From contig CAVUDP010000002.1 in NCBI GenBank assembly GCA_963740315.1, forward strand, positions 1,408,001 through 1,472,000: a DNA stretch of 64,000 bases, in the 5' to 3' direction. The DNA comes from an uncultured cyanobacterium. Its GTDB lineage: Bacteria > Cyanobacteriota > Cyanobacteriia > Cyanobacteriales > Nostocaceae. This document shows positions 62,036 through 64,000 of this stretch, piece by piece. The notes beneath the pieces were generated by a model. The model did no database searches. It saw nothing but the letters and a program-made list of their open reading frames with translations, and was not told where the DNA came from. The position numbers and the translations under genes were made by a program. Positions within the stretch are counted from its first letter, which is position 1; every line of letters begins with the position of its first letter.

Positions 62036-62401
62036 TTACAACTCTTCGATTGTTACCAATCCGTTTTCTGTAAACTGAATCACAAGTTCTTGCTCATCTA
62101 ATAAAGCAGTTCCAAGCAAAGGTCGTCTTCCTGTAGCAATTACACGAACTTCTCGTTCTTCCCCACCCCATAAAACAATGGCTTCATGAAGTGGTAAGAA
62201 AACCTCGCTATTATCTGCTAAGTTCGCAGGAATATCGTATGCAAAAGGTAAGCCTAGAAGAGCAACCGTTTCTAAAGGCAAACATAATTGGTCAGTAAAG
62301 CCTGTATCTATGACAAATTCAATTGGTAAGCTTGAGCCGTTCGGAAGCAAAAATGTTAACCTGACTGTAGCGTGTCTATCAATTACAATACCAGAAATCA
62401 C
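62036..62401 (-). CDS. Clan AA aspartic protease (AF_0612-like)
   Basis: FVIDTGF...LP, LADNS, PLLGTALL. Confidence 0.88.
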   Translation of the reverse strand: MISGIVIDRHATVRLTFLLPNGSSLPIEFVIDTGFTDQLCLPLETVALLGLPFAYDIPANLADNSEVFLPLHEAIVLWGGEEREVRVIATGRRPLLGTALLDEQELVIQFTENGLVTIEEL

Positions 62402-62670
62402 TTAGATACACGCTCCATATCACCACCAAATGAGGCAGCAACATTATAACCAATGCGAATACCAAAGAGTCTTGCATTTGGGTGTTTTTTACGTAAATTG
62501 CGTGCTGCTTTCAAACCAGTTTTGTCTATCTCATAGTCACCTGTTTCAATATTAATAATAATCATCTTACCGATGTTATATTCAGATTCTACTTGTTGAC
62601 GTATGCCATTTTCGTATAATAGTTTTGCACGTCGAGCAACTTCCTCGCGACTTAAAAGTATAGCTTGCAT
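62398..62670 (-). CDS. Small hypothetical partner of the aspartic protease (DUF5678-like)
   Basis: GKMIIINIETGDYEID...A...LR.KHP.A.LFGIRIG; 4-bp GTGA overlap with the protease start. Confidence 0.75.
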   Translation of the reverse strand: MQAILLSREEVARRAKLLYENGIRQQVESEYNIGKMIIINIETGDYEIDKTGLKAARNLRKKHPNARLFGIRIGYNVAASFGGDMERVSK

Positions 62671-62952
62671 AAACTTAATTTAAATTACTTGTTAGTCAAG
62701 ATTATGTTAACTATTCTATAATAGGTTACTTCGCTCTATAGTGTATTTATAAATATGCAAAAAATTTAATATTTCGTAACTACTATGGTGCGTTGCGCTC
62801 CGTGACAGGACACCTTATACTTATATTCTCAACTTAACTCTAAATGTTTTTAAAAATTTCTCAAAGCAGTTAAATACATATAAATTATAAGTGTAGAAAA
62901 CAAAAAACAGTTACCAGCTATTTAATAATAAACAACTGATAACTGTTAACTG

Positions 62953-64000
62953 CTAACCGTTAACTGACTTCACAAACTTCTCCAATCGATCCATTCCTTT
63001 TTCAATTGTTGCCATATCGGTGGCGTAAGATAAACGAATGTTATTATCTGCACCGAAGGCTACACCAGGAATTACTGCTACTTGATGCTCTTCTAACAAT
63101 GTTTTGCAGAAGTCTAAAGATTTTAATCCAGTTTCGCTGATGCTTGGAAATAAATAAAATGCACCATCGGGTTGAGAACATTTTAATCCAGGAATGGCGT
63201 TGATTCTTTCTAACATCACTTTGCGACGTTTCGCGAAAGCTTGACGCATTTCCTCCACGCAATCTTGGGAACCTTCCAAAGCTGCGATCGCACCATATTG
63301 AGCAAAGGTACATACGTTTGATGTACTATGACCTTGAACGGTTGTAGCTGCCTTGATTAACTCTACAGGTGCAGCTAAATAACCCAAACGCCATCCCGTC
63401 ATTGAGTAACCTTTGGCGAAACCGTTACTAACAATGGTGCGAGCAAAAATTTCGTCATTCAAAGAGCCGATACTCAGATGCTTTGCGCCGTCGTAGAGAA
63501 TTTTTTCGTAAATCTCGTCGGAAACTACTAAAATATCTTTCTCAACAATAACTTCTGCCAAAGCTTCGATTTCTTCGGGAGTATACACCATACCTGTAGG
63601 GTTGGATGGTGAATTCAACACGAATAATTTAGTCTTTGGCGTAATTGCGCTGCGGAGAATTTCCGGCTCAATTTTATACCCGGTTGTCTCATCAGTCATT
63701 ACAATTACTGGATTGCCGCCGACTAACTTAACCATCTCTGGATAGCTCACCCAGTAAGGTGCGGGAATAATCACCTCATCACCGGGTTCAATCAAAGCCT
63801 GCATTAAATTAAACAGAGAATGCTTACCACCGTTAGTAACGATAATATTCTCCGCTTGATAATCCAGATGATTGGACGATCGCAACTTCTGGGCGATCGC
63901 TTGCCTTAACTTTGGTTCCCCCGCAGCAGGACCATATTTCGTCTTACCTTCATCCAACGCCTTCTTTGCCGCAGCCTTAACATGGGCTGGCGAATCAAAA
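62953..64000 (-). CDS. aspC: Aspartate aminotransferase (class I PLP), 5' end outside the window
   Basis: [20 protein letters not shown] and [14 protein letters not shown] motifs; frame open to the edge. Confidence 0.95.
   Translation of the reverse strand, partial: FDSPAHVKAAAKKALDEGKTKYGPAAGEPKLRQAIAQKLRSSNHLDYQAENIIVTNGGKHSLFNLMQALIEPGDEVIIPAPYWVSYPEMVKLVGGNPVIVMTDETTGYKIEPEILRSAITPKTKLFVLNSPSNPTGMVYTPEEIEALAEVIVEKDILVVSDEIYEKILYDGAKHLSIGSLNDEIFARTIVSNGFAKGYSMTGWRLGYLAAPVELIKAATTVQGHSTSNVCTFAQYGAIAALEGSQDCVEEMRQAFAKRRKVMLERINAIPGLKCSQPDGAFYLFPSISETGLKSLDFCKTLLEEHQVAVIPGVAFGADNNIRLSYATDMATIEKGMDRLEKFVKSVNG

Noticed and set aside
2694..63313. Short antisense or nested ORFs inside long genes (for example 6287-7765, 21394-22308, 36781-37059, 55940-56260)
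   Set aside because: Shadow frames of well-supported genes with no motifs

Overview
AT-rich chromosomal window from a filamentous, probably heterocyst-forming cyanobacterium (Nostocales-like). The evidence is dense HIP1 GCGATCGC octamers, STRR tandem arrays, a split dnaE intein, a flv3B-flv1B-like pair, petM, ycf39, ycf66 and nblR. Intact housekeeping genes (glpK, dnaE-N, pdxA, nadK, trpC, lpdA, suhB, hisZ, gnd, aspC, tRNA-Ser) alternate with accessory blocks. (1) An array-less, cas1/cas2-less type III-A CRISPR effector operon: cas10 with GGDD but no canonical HD, csm2, frameshifted csm3, csm4, csm5, cas6 and an APE2256-type CARF effector with an unassigned C-terminal domain, plus a truncated csx3-like gene. 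(2) An islet next to tRNA-Ser containing a caspase-like protease fused to an EAL phosphodiesterase (split by one in-frame TGA), an unannotated decayed EACC1-like partner gene and a damaged MazF-type TA pair. (3) A divergent pair of AAA_35 NTPases with secreted TPR paralogs and flanking nucleases. (4) A dead IS630 and retropepsin-like gene pairs. Several tiny repeat families are present: HIP1-targeted 24-25 nt inserts, GTAG-REPs and nested composite repeats. Every disabling lesion I found lies in an accessory gene. All family assignments come from motif recognition by eye; no database searches were run.
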